Assembly (NCBI GenBank): GCA_022827835.1
Contig: JAJEIO010000041.1
Location: forward strand, 8,328 to 72,327
Direction of reading: 5' to 3'
DNA: 64,000 nucleotides
Source: Candidatus Latescibacterota bacterium
GTDB lineage: Bacteria > Latescibacterota > UBA2968 > UBA8231
Of the stretch, positions 48,814 to 57,938 are shown piece by piece. Every line of letters starts with the position of its first letter. Within the stretch, counting starts at the first letter, position 1. Position numbers and translations under genes: made by a program. The notes beneath the pieces are model-generated. The model searched no databases. It was not told the DNA's origin and was given only the letters and a program-made list of their open reading frames with translations.

Positions 48814-51522
48814 ATGCTGACCTGCCATATTTGCAACACTCTACTGCGCAGTATTAGTTCAGTTATCATAGTTTGCTCCTTGCTCGCTTCCATGTCATTT
48901 GACACCGACGCGCAAGCCCAAGATGTCGATCCGCTACGCATAAAAGGTGTGCGCCGAGGAGCCGAACTCACCTTTGAACCAACCGGATCCGGCGTGCTGT
49001 TCGGAGCCTTGGATCCAGCGGTCAAAAAGTGGTACGTCCCTCAAGAACTTTTCTTGGAATACCGTTGGAAACAGTGGGAATACACCAACTACGCTAGGGA
49101 CCACTATAATCGCTATGTGGATATCAATTTAGCCGGGGATTACTTCTATGATATTTACGGATCCTACATCACTAGAGGATGGTTGCTATACGACTGGTCC
49201 CAGACGCAACCCCAGCAAGGGGGTAGCAATTTATTCAAGACCGAGAGATTCCGAGATTTTTTCAGCAATTTGGTCATTGCCTCTGATCAAAAGGGGCAAC
49301 ACAACTTGGCTATAACCATAGGCAATGAGATCCGCTCGACCCTTACCCCGATGACCTTCTCAAAGCCAGCCATGGACGGAATCCAGGTAGATTACCAAGC
49401 CGACAAATACCAAGTCACGACAATTCTCTCGCGGATTTCTTCTCCCGGTGGGGCCGGTCCTCGCAACCCTGCGGTCAACCAAACGACCAGCCTGACAACG
49501 CTGATGGGTGGGAGAGCAGTTGCCCAAGTAGGCGATTTTATCAGCATCGGAGCCAACTATGTAAGCGCCCACAATTCCTTCCAGCTATTAGATGCCTTTG
49601 AAGGAACCCCTAGGAGTGGTTCGATTACTTCTAGCCAAAATGCTGAAAATATCACCCAGCTCTTCGTTCGCCTGACCGACGATTCACCCGAAGATAACGA
49701 AGGTGGAGCTACCCTCTTCGCTTGGGACATGATCATAGAGGCCGACGTCGAAAGCATTGACGAAGAGGGAGAACGAACTCTTATGCGAGAGGTTGTCCGG
49801 GCCAGTGAGGCCGGTCTCAAACCCTCGCCTCAGGGAGGCTTTCAGCGCTTGGGTTTCTGGGAAGCTAGCGGCTCTGAACAGATTGAATTAGTATATGATT
49901 TTTCCGAGGGAACCTACACCGGCCCCGACCCCTCGGAAATAAGAAGAGTGACTTTTGAACTGGTGGTTGCCAACGACTACAGAATCGAAGTGTCTTCGAA
50001 CCGCCAGAATAACCGACAAAACAACAACGTGTTTCTACTGGCGACCAGAGCCGAAGAAAATGTCAAAGATGGTTCCAATCTCAGAGTCCTCAAGATCCCG
50101 TACGGTTTGCCGACCGCTACTGAAATTTTTGGTCTGACTCTGGAGGCGAACAACATTGCGGGGCTTGACTTCTACGGCGAATTCGACCGCAGTAGGAGTT
50201 ACCGAAAATACCCCAACAGGCAGCATACAAAACACCTGTCGGCTTTTGACCAAGGCGATGGCTGGATGTTGAATCTGTCGAGAACCGTTCAGCCGTGGTT
50301 CTTTTTTGGCGAGGCTTACAGTATGGACCACAATTATAATACAAGCGCTATCTTGGCCCGGGGCGAGGTCAACATAGATTACGAAGACCGGACGAGATTC
50401 TACTACGAACTCGTCGATGACAACGACGATCAGGATCGGTACCCCGATTGGCAGAGGATAAACGAAAGCATCGACTTGAATGTATTCCCCGGCTTGGACG
50501 AGAACGTCGATTTTATCTCCGATTTCAATCAAAACGACAGCGAAGATCTGCCCAACTTAGTGCCCGACTACGACGAGCCCTTTCTGCGCTATTCTACGGA
50601 CCGCCCCGAGTATCTGTTCGGTATAGATATGAACAACAATATCTGGGTAGATCGATTCGAAAACGACGATGCAGCAGATTTGCCCTATGGCAGGGATTTA
50701 AGCGGGTACAACCTTTATGGGGGCGTCAACATTACTCCATATATGAGATTGACGGTCGGCCGCACCGATGAAAGTCTCATTGCCGGCGATGGACAAAACA
50801 CCACCCATTATTTGCTTTTTACGCTAGAAAAGGACTACCCCGGACTAGGCAAGCTGAGGATTTTTGAAAACTTCAGGCTCGCCAAGGACAATATAGAGAA
50901 CGACCTTCGCCAATGGGACGAATTCGAGAGGCGCAACGTCCCTACCATTGATCCGCTGGCGGCCCGGAATACGTGGATAAATTCGTCCTATATAAGCTTC
51001 AACTATACCAAGCTGAAGAATCTAAATATCATCAACAAGCTAAAATACGACCGCTGGCGTCAACGGGAGAGGCAACCCGATCTGCGACAGGATTTCACTT
51101 TTATCGGTTTAATTAATAAAGTGGACTATGTTCTCAAATTCATTAATCTCGATATCCAACCCAAAATTAAAAACGAATTGAGGATAGAATCTCCAGCGCT
51201 CAAATCAGATCCCAAACGGAAGGAAGACACGCTGATTTTTACTTTATTGACTCGGTGGCCATTGTTTAATAACTCCACGATGCAGGCCGGCGTGGAGTAC
51301 ACCGTTTTCCAACAGCTCAGGGATTCGGATGAGGCGGTCAAGGAAGGGTTGCTAGACGACTTCCGTGAAATTGTGGGCGCAGCCCAGTTCGCCAATAATT
51401 CAAACTACTTGGGCTACAATTTGACGACCCTGATGGGACTCAGACTGACTAGAAGGGCCATAGATAACGAAACCGAAACAGGTAGAATGGCTTTTGCCAC
51501 GGTATTTGCCGGTTTGGATTAA
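48814..51522 (+). CDS. Large secreted protein, putative outer-membrane beta-barrel with Ca-binding Asp-rich loops
   Basis: Signal peptide ending AQA, many amphipathic aromatic strands, DDNDDQDRYPD, DENVDFISD and DMNNNIWVD motifs, ends AFATVFAGLD. Confidence 0.6.
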   Translation: MLTCHICNTLLRSISSVIIVCSLLASMSFDTDAQAQDVDPLRIKGVRRGAELTFEPTGSGVLFGALDPAVKKWYVPQELFLEYRWKQWEYTNYARDHYNRYVDINLAGDYFYDIYGSYITRGWLLYDWSQTQPQQGGSNLFKTERFRDFFSNLVIASDQKGQHNLAITIGNEIRSTLTPMTFSKPAMDGIQVDYQADKYQVTTILSRISSPGGAGPRNPAVNQTTSLTTLMGGRAVAQVGDFISIGANYVSAHNSFQLLDAFEGTPRSGSITSSQNAENITQLFVRLTDDSPEDNEGGATLFAWDMIIEADVESIDEEGERTLMREVVRASEAGLKPSPQGGFQRLGFWEASGSEQIELVYDFSEGTYTGPDPSEIRRVTFELVVANDYRIEVSSNRQNNRQNNNVFLLATRAEENVKDGSNLRVLKIPYGLPTATEIFGLTLEANNIAGLDFYGEFDRSRSYRKYPNRQHTKHLSAFDQGDGWMLNLSRTVQPWFFFGEAYSMDHNYNTSAILARGEVNIDYEDRTRFYYELVDDNDDQDRYPDWQRINESIDLNVFPGLDENVDFISDFNQNDSEDLPNLVPDYDEPFLRYSTDRPEYLFGIDMNNNIWVDRFENDDAADLPYGRDLSGYNLYGGVNITPYMRLTVGRTDESLIAGDGQNTTHYLLFTLEKDYPGLGKLRIFENFRLAKDNIENDLRQWDEFERRNVPTIDPLAARNTWINSSYISFNYTKLKNLNIINKLKYDRWRQRERQPDLRQDFTFIGLINKVDYVLKFINLDIQPKIKNELRIESPALKSDPKRKEDTLIFTLLTRWPLFNNSTMQAGVEYTVFQQLRDSDEAVKEGLLDDFREIVGAAQFANNSNYLGYNLTTLMGLRLTRRAIDNETETGRMAFATVFAGLD

Positions 51523-51559
51523 TCTACCTATACAGAAATACAGAGGAGATCTGAGCTAC

Positions 51560-53224
51560 ATGCCAAGAGAAATGACTGCATTTCGGCTTTTACTACTCGT
51601 GCTTTTTACCATACACATGGGTTGCACAGTAGAAATGGGAGACCGAGTTGTTGCTCAGATAGGTGATGCGGAGATAACAGTTGACCTGTTGCAGGAATTT
51701 ATCGATGGCCTCCCCGAAGATGCCAAGGCGGAGACCACTAGGGTAGAAGAAGCGAGGAATCATTTGAACACCATGATCAATATCCAACTACTGATCATGG
51801 AGGCGAAGGCGGCCGATCTCGACAAAAGCCCTGAATTTCGCGCCCGGCTGGAAAGGGTTCAGCGGGAAAGGCTGATCAGCATTTTCCAAGACAGAGCGCT
51901 GGAAGTAGAGGAGGGAGTGGAGGAGGGCGAAGTGCGGGAATACGCTGAACGCATGGGGCTCACGCGAGCGGTCAGATTGGCCGATATAATGGTTCCCAGC
52001 CGAGAAAATGCCTTGGCCGCCCTCCAGGAACTCAAAAACGGGGTGCCTTTTGGGCAAGTCGCCCAAAAGTGGTCCATAAACAAAAAAACCTCGGCCCAAG
52101 GTGGTGACTTAGGTCGTTACACCACCCGAGAACACATGGTCACGCCCCTTCAGGACAAGCTATTTTCCCTAGCCTTGGGGGAAGTCTCAGAGCCTATAAA
52201 AATCGGTGGAAACTATTCGATCTTCACAGTCATCGCCGACTCTACCATCGAACTCAGTCCTCAGAGAAGATTGGCGATTCAAATGGGACTAAAAAAAGAA
52301 AAAAGGCAGCGGGCGTTATCAGCTTTGGCCGCTGAACTTGGGGAAAAATACCACCTCGAATTGGATCGAGAAGGTCTCGCGCTCATTGTCGAAAAAGTGC
52401 GCGGCGGTGCATCTTTCGCCTCGGAGACGGAACGCAATATAGTTCTCTATAGGTACGACGACGGAGAAATAACCGCTCAAGACTTGGCAGAAGCTGGCCA
52501 CCCCCTGAAAGGCACTGCCTTGGCCCAACTCAGCGACTCCAGCCAAGTGGTCGCTTTTGCCGAGCGCCATGTCGTACCCAATGCAATGCTCGTGGAAGCG
52601 GCCCTGCGTGCTGGCATAGACGAGGAAGCAGAGACGGTCGAGTGGTTGGAAAATCAAGCAAATCAACTCTTGATAAGTGCCCTCAGAGCGCGGCTCCTGA
52701 GAGCTAAAGTGACCATCGCCGAAAACGAGCTACGCCAATTTTACAAGGCCCATGCGGAAAGATATATGCACCCCGAGCAGATTGAAGTACAAGAGGTTCT
52801 GGTAGAGACACAGGCCGAGGCACTGAGGTTGATGGAGCAGATCCAAAAAGGAGCCCGATTAGGCGATTTGGCCAAGAAGTATTCTATCCGCTCGCTAGAG
52901 GGTCGAGATGAAGAGGGCCGATTCCACTTCCACCTTTTCGAAAAAGCCTTTCTCGGTGGTTTTGTAGAAGCCGCCGAAAAAGCCGAGATCGGAGCGCTCA
53001 CCGGTCCGGCCAAGATAGATGAGGGTTATTCTATATTTAAGGTGCTTTCTAGGGAACGAAAGCGAGAGACTTTTACGGAAGCCGAGTGGCGAGTCCGGTC
53101 CCAACTTAGAAGAGAAAAAAACAGAAAGGCCTTTAATCTGTTTATCGAAGAAGTGCGGAATAAATACGCATCGAAAGTGGTTATTCGGGAGGATAACCTC
53201 AAAGCCGCTTTCGGGGAGGGATAG
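51560..53224 (+). CDS. SurA/PrsA-like lipoprotein with two parvulin (PpiC) PPIase domains
   Basis: Lipobox-like HMGC, VVAQIGDAEIT, FGQVAQKWS...GGDLG, LAKKYS, GEVSEPIK. AGGAG RBS before the ATG at 51560. Confidence 0.85.
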   Translation: MPREMTAFRLLLLVLFTIHMGCTVEMGDRVVAQIGDAEITVDLLQEFIDGLPEDAKAETTRVEEARNHLNTMINIQLLIMEAKAADLDKSPEFRARLERVQRERLISIFQDRALEVEEGVEEGEVREYAERMGLTRAVRLADIMVPSRENALAALQELKNGVPFGQVAQKWSINKKTSAQGGDLGRYTTREHMVTPLQDKLFSLALGEVSEPIKIGGNYSIFTVIADSTIELSPQRRLAIQMGLKKEKRQRALSALAAELGEKYHLELDREGLALIVEKVRGGASFASETERNIVLYRYDDGEITAQDLAEAGHPLKGTALAQLSDSSQVVAFAERHVVPNAMLVEAALRAGIDEEAETVEWLENQANQLLISALRARLLRAKVTIAENELRQFYKAHAERYMHPEQIEVQEVLVETQAEALRLMEQIQKGARLGDLAKKYSIRSLEGRDEEGRFHFHLFEKAFLGGFVEAAEKAEIGALTGPAKIDEGYSIFKVLSRERKRETFTEAEWRVRSQLRREKNRKAFNLFIEEVRNKYASKVVIREDNLKAAFGEG

Positions 53225-53237
53225 AGGCCTATAGGTC

Positions 53238-54929
53238 TTATTCTGCGTAAATGTTGGCCCCCATCTCCGTAAGGACATAGGGGCCGTTTTGGCGGATTAC
53301 CAACAGCTTATTGGCCGGTGCCGCTGGCACTATCTGACGGGTACCGTCGGGCCAAGTGACCTCCACTTCATCTGCCCCCTCTGCCTTACCCAAGCCGAAG
53401 AAAATACGCATATCGTTATAGGAGAGATAACTGGAAGCACCATTAGCCGTCCGCCACTGAGGTCGGCCGCCGGCTAGCAAACGGATCTTGGCACCGACGG
53501 CGTCGCGATTGGGGCCACGACCCAGAAGTTGGACGACAAGCCAGTTGTTGACGAGGGCGAAATCGTTGCGCAGCAGGGTGCTCGCCTCGTCCAAATTGAC
53601 GACGAAAATGTCTATATCGCCATCGTTGTCGTAGTCGCCGAAACTGGCACCGCGGCTGACTCTTTTAAGAGCCATTCCCGGGCCAGCCGCATCCCCTATA
53701 TCGCTTAAACGATTGCCGCCGTCATTGCGGATCAATTGGTTGCGCTGGGGGTAAGAAGTGCCCGCAATAGTGCTAGCCGCCTGCGGATAGACATGGCCGT
53801 TAGCAACGAATAGATCCAAGTCGCCGTCCCTGTCATAGTCGAAAAATTGGGTGCCCCACCCCAGCATCCCAAGCGTGGGTTCTTCTAGCCCGATCTGGGC
53901 CGTTATATCTTTAAAATGGCCCTGTCCTTCGTTGCGGTAGAAGGTATTACTCTCGCGGAAAAAATGGGTTATATATAGGTCGAGGTCACCGTCGCCGTCA
54001 TAGTCTCCACCGCTAACCCCCATACCTGCTTCTTCCTCGCCGTACTCGTTGTAAGCGACACCTGCTTTGAGGCCAATTTCGCTAAAGGTGCCATCGCGGT
54101 TATTGTCGAAGAGCACGTTGGGAGTTGCATCGTTGGCCACGAAGAGATCGGTGTCGCCATCGTTGTCGAAGTCTTCGGCCAGTACACCCAACCCGTAGTA
54201 GTGGTTGGCCCAAGAAATACCCGAGGGACGGGTGACATCGGTGAAGGTGTTGTCCCCATTGTTGCGGTAGAATAGGTCAGCGGCTCCAGGTAGGCCCTGG
54301 GGACCGCAGAAAATCTCGATTCCCTCGTAGGTGCATATCTTATCTGGGGGGGCATCAAAGTCGTAGATCAGATAATTGGCAACGTATAAGTCGAGATCGC
54401 CGTCACCATCGTAGTCAAAAAAAGCGGCGCTGGAGCTATAATCATTTCCTGCTACCCCAGTGGAAACGTCCACAAAGGTACCGTTGCCTTGGTTGCGGTA
54501 GAGGATATTGGGACCATAATTGGTTACGTAAAGATCGCGGTATCCATCGCCGTCGGTATCGCCCACGGTGCAGCCCATGCCCCAACTGCGGTCCCCGACG
54601 CCGGTTAGTAAGGTTACATCAGCAAAGGTACCGTTACCTTGGTTGCGATAGAGAACATTGCCCGGGCCGGATTTTTGTCGGTAGGTATTGACCGTAGCGC
54701 CATTGACCGCGTATAGATCGAGGTCGCCATCGTTATCGTAGTCAAAAAAAGCAGCGCCGCCACCGGAGGTTTCGACAATGTGCTTTTTTTCGGCTCCGCC
54801 GGCCACATGTTGGAAGGCGATGTGCGCTTCCTTTGTTTGGTCGGTGAATTGGGGCAGAACAGATTCCGGCAGCAGCACGGCCAACGCCAGGGCAAAGGCA
54901 AGGACTCGGCGATAATAAAAAAAGTCCAT
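53238..54929 (-). CDS. CRTAC1/ASPIC-UnbV family FG-GAP protein
   Basis: Signal peptide from the ATG at 54929, FFDYDNDGDLDLY repeats, SRGASFGDYDNDGD, NRDAVGA, SSYLS, FGLG, WPDG. Confidence 0.9.
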   Translation of the reverse strand: MDFFYYRRVLAFALALAVLLPESVLPQFTDQTKEAHIAFQHVAGGAEKKHIVETSGGGAAFFDYDNDGDLDLYAVNGATVNTYRQKSGPGNVLYRNQGNGTFADVTLLTGVGDRSWGMGCTVGDTDGDGYRDLYVTNYGPNILYRNQGNGTFVDVSTGVAGNDYSSSAAFFDYDGDGDLDLYVANYLIYDFDAPPDKICTYEGIEIFCGPQGLPGAADLFYRNNGDNTFTDVTRPSGISWANHYYGLGVLAEDFDNDGDTDLFVANDATPNVLFDNNRDGTFSEIGLKAGVAYNEYGEEEAGMGVSGGDYDGDGDLDLYITHFFRESNTFYRNEGQGHFKDITAQIGLEEPTLGMLGWGTQFFDYDRDGDLDLFVANGHVYPQAASTIAGTSYPQRNQLIRNDGGNRLSDIGDAAGPGMALKRVSRGASFGDYDNDGDIDIFVVNLDEASTLLRNDFALVNNWLVVQLLGRGPNRDAVGAKIRLLAGGRPQWRTANGASSYLSYNDMRIFFGLGKAEGADEVEVTWPDGTRQIVPAAPANKLLVIRQNGPYVLTEMGANIYAE

Positions 54930-55053
54930 ACACTCATCGCTGTAGAAGTAAACTAAGCAGATAATGGTCGCAATTATAGAAATTACCCTTTGCTGCGGCA
55001 AGGACAGAGGATCCGTTGCACGCTCTCGCCATTCATGGATCCGGAGGTGCGGA

Positions 55054-55848
55054 ATGAGACAGATTTTCGCCGCCCTAATAATGGGTATCACCTGTGCGGC
55101 TATGGGACGATCCGAGAACACTGTTGTAGAACTCCGCGACGGAGTCACGATGGAATTCGTGTGGATCGAGCCAGGTACTTTTCTGATGGGATCGCCAGCT
55201 TCAGCCTCTACACGGGGCGAAGACGAAGTTCCACAGCACGAGGTTTCGATTAGCAAGGGATTTTACTTGGGTAAATTTGAGATTACCCAGGCTCAATGGG
55301 TCGCGGTGATGGGGACCGCGCCGTGGACCCGGCGCAAGTACGTACGGGCTGAGCCGAATCACCCGGCAGTCTATATCTCATGGATCGATATGCAGGAATT
55401 CCTCCGCCGCTTGAACCAAGCCGCCGATAGAGATTTGTACCGCCTGCCTACCGAAGCTGAATGGGAATACGCCTGCCGGGCCGGGACCACGACGAGCCGT
55501 TCCTTTGGGGACGATGAAAGCCAGTTGGGCGACTATGCCTGGTACATAGGAAACCTGGGAGACGCGGAGGGGAAGTTTGCCCAGCCGGTGGGTTCAAAGC
55601 AGCCGAATCCCTGGGGTTTATACGATATGCACGGCAATGTATGGGAGTGGGTGCAAGACTGGTACAGCAGCGCCTATTCAAATGCCAAACAGGTGGACCC
55701 TACCGGAACTGCTTCGGGAACTGCTCGCGTTATGCGCGGCGGCGGCTTTGTCAATCACGCCCGCAACGTGCGGTCAGCCAAACGCTTCAGCTTTGATCAA
55801 TCGCTCCGCTACTGTGCTATTGGAGCACGCCTAGTGATGACAAAATAA
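55054..55848 (+). CDS. FGE-sulfatase (SUMF1-like) domain protein, secreted, lacking the FGE catalytic cysteines
   Basis: PGTFLMGS, EITQAQW, RLPTEAEWEYACRAG, PNPWGLYDMHGNVWEW, RGG. GGAGG RBS before the ATG at 55054. Confidence 0.88.
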   Translation: MRQIFAALIMGITCAAMGRSENTVVELRDGVTMEFVWIEPGTFLMGSPASASTRGEDEVPQHEVSISKGFYLGKFEITQAQWVAVMGTAPWTRRKYVRAEPNHPAVYISWIDMQEFLRRLNQAADRDLYRLPTEAEWEYACRAGTTTSRSFGDDESQLGDYAWYIGNLGDAEGKFAQPVGSKQPNPWGLYDMHGNVWEWVQDWYSSAYSNAKQVDPTGTASGTARVMRGGGFVNHARNVRSAKRFSFDQSLRYCAIGARLVMTK

Positions 55849-55923
55849 ACGGCCTCTCTTTGTCGCTCAAACGACTTATCCATTAGTTGAAACACGACAT
55901 ATGATAGCCCATAGAGACACGTA

Positions 55924-57912
55924 TTGAAAAAGAGAATCCCGCCTCAACACCTCACGTGGCTAAAAAGAAGCCAGCCAAGCTATGGAGACGTCAAAGGCAT
56001 TTCGGCCCGGGCCATCTTACTTGGGGCGGTACTGGCCTTTCTGCTAAATCTCCTCGACGCCTATGCTACGACCCTCATCCGAGGTTCGTATCTAACCTTG
56101 AACTTCAGCACTCCGGCGGCCCTGTTCTTCTTCTTCTTTGTCGTGCTCGCCAGTGCCTTGATCGCCTGTCTTCGCCGGCCCTTGGCCTTGGACCAAGCCG
56201 AGTTGGTAACCATCTACATCATGCTAGCGGTGGCCTGCTGTGTTCCCGGCATGGGTTTCACCCAGTTCATCATACCCTGCTTACTCGGCTCCACTTACTA
56301 TGCCACACCCGAGAACAACTGGGATTTTCTCTACAACCAGTACATCCCTAGCTGGATGATTCCCCGAGGCGAAAACGCGGCGCGTTTTTTCTTTGAAGGT
56401 CTGCCCGAAGGCGAGGCTATCCCCTGGGATATCTGGGTCGTACCGCTGAGTTTCTGGTACGGGTTTTTTCTAGTGCTCAGCTTCGCCATGATCTGCACCA
56501 TGGTCATTCTACGTCGCCAGTGGATGGACCGGGAAAAGCTAGTTTATCCACTGGTCCAAGTGCCCATGGAGATGATCGGCCGAGAAAAGGAAGGAACGAT
56601 CGGCCGGTCGTTTTTCACCAACAAAGCCATGTGGATCGGTTTTTCCGTATCATTCATTCTACTCAGCGTCAACGGCCTGCACTCCTACTTTCCTAACTTT
56701 CCGCAGATCACCAAGACCTTCGTATTGCCCTTGTTCCGCGATACAGTCAGCCTGAATTTCTGGTTTAGTCCGCCATGGACGGGCTTTTTCTATTTCGTCA
56801 ACCTCGATATCACGGCCTCAATCTGGATATTCTACATCCTCACCACGATCCAGCGGGGCATCTTCAATATCGTCGGCTTGCAGAGCACGCAGCGGATCGA
56901 TTTCTACTCTATCGAACCTTTCTTGGCCCATCAGGGTATGGGCTCGATGATAGTCTTTGTGCTAGTGGGGTTGTGGGTCGGACGCGGCCATCTACAAAAT
57001 GTTTACCGCAAAGCTTTCCATGGCGACGAAGAGGTTGACGACAGCGGCGAGATGCTATCCTACCGGCAGGCCCTTTTCGGCCTGCTAGCGGCACTTGCTC
57101 TAGTGGTGGTCGGCCTTTGCATGATGGGACTAACCCTTCCCACGGCCCTGTTATTCCTCTTTGGTGCCATGATGCTGTTTATAGGGCTAACTCGGGTAGT
57201 GGCCGAAGGGGGCATCCCGGCCATGCGACCCCCTATCATGACTTCGAGTTTTGTCATTTCGGGAGCCGGTGCCTCGGCCTTGGGTGCTTCGGGTTTAGTG
57301 GCCTTGGGCTTTTCCTACGGCTGGCATTCCGAAGTACGCTCCTTTGTCATGGCGTCTGTAGCCAACGGGCTGAAGATGGGTGAGATTATCACCGGTTCCA
57401 AGCGCCGGCTATTCTGGGCCGTGGTCATTGCCATTGTGGTCAGTCTGGTCGGCTCGTCGTACATGACCTTAGTGCTGGCCTACAAGTACGGGGGTATCAA
57501 TCTCAATCCGCTCTTTTTCGTGGGACAGGCCCCTACCTTCGGTCCTCGAGATATGGCTCCGCGCATTGCCGCAGAGCTGCCCGGCCCTAGACTAGACGCT
57601 TGGCTGTTCATGGGCATTGGTGGAGGGGTGATGGCCTTGCTTATGTGGGCACGGCACCAGTTTGTCTGGTGGCCGCTCAATCCCCTCGGTTACACCATCA
57701 GCGCCAACTGGAAGACAGGACATATCTTTGGCAGCGCCTTTCTCGCTTGGTTCCTCAAACTGTTAATCCTGCGCTACGGCGGTCCCAAGCTGTACCGGAA
57801 TTTGCGGCCGTTTTTTCTCGGCCTGATTTTGGGCGAGATCGTGGCGGCAGGCGGATGGCTGGTGCTAGATTATATAACCGGACACATAGGAAGTTTTCTC
57901 ACGCAAGTCTAA
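55924..57912 (+). CDS. Polytopic inner-membrane protein, DUF6785/DUF6784-type putative transporter
   Basis: Many TM segments, LRRQWMDREKLVYPLVQVP, RVVAEGG, WWPLNPLG, LRYGGPKLYR...PFFLGLILGE. Confidence 0.75.
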   Translation: MKKRIPPQHLTWLKRSQPSYGDVKGISARAILLGAVLAFLLNLLDAYATTLIRGSYLTLNFSTPAALFFFFFVVLASALIACLRRPLALDQAELVTIYIMLAVACCVPGMGFTQFIIPCLLGSTYYATPENNWDFLYNQYIPSWMIPRGENAARFFFEGLPEGEAIPWDIWVVPLSFWYGFFLVLSFAMICTMVILRRQWMDREKLVYPLVQVPMEMIGREKEGTIGRSFFTNKAMWIGFSVSFILLSVNGLHSYFPNFPQITKTFVLPLFRDTVSLNFWFSPPWTGFFYFVNLDITASIWIFYILTTIQRGIFNIVGLQSTQRIDFYSIEPFLAHQGMGSMIVFVLVGLWVGRGHLQNVYRKAFHGDEEVDDSGEMLSYRQALFGLLAALALVVVGLCMMGLTLPTALLFLFGAMMLFIGLTRVVAEGGIPAMRPPIMTSSFVISGAGASALGASGLVALGFSYGWHSEVRSFVMASVANGLKMGEIITGSKRRLFWAVVIAIVVSLVGSSYMTLVLAYKYGGINLNPLFFVGQAPTFGPRDMAPRIAAELPGPRLDAWLFMGIGGGVMALLMWARHQFVWWPLNPLGYTISANWKTGHIFGSAFLAWFLKLLILRYGGPKLYRNLRPFFLGLILGEIVAAGGWLVLDYITGHIGSFLTQV

Positions 57913-57938
57913 GGAAACCCTCCCTTCCGGGATAAATC

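Noticed and set aside
54930-55256. N-terminal extensions of the ORF-track calls 53238-55256 and 54964-55848, implying overlapping genes
   Set aside because: Signal peptides and an RBS support starts at 54929 (-) and 55054 (+), which removes the overlap.
55054-55848. FGE/CLec-fold protein as a diversity-generating retroelement target
   Set aside because: No reverse transcriptase and no template-repeat copy of its 3' end were seen in the window.
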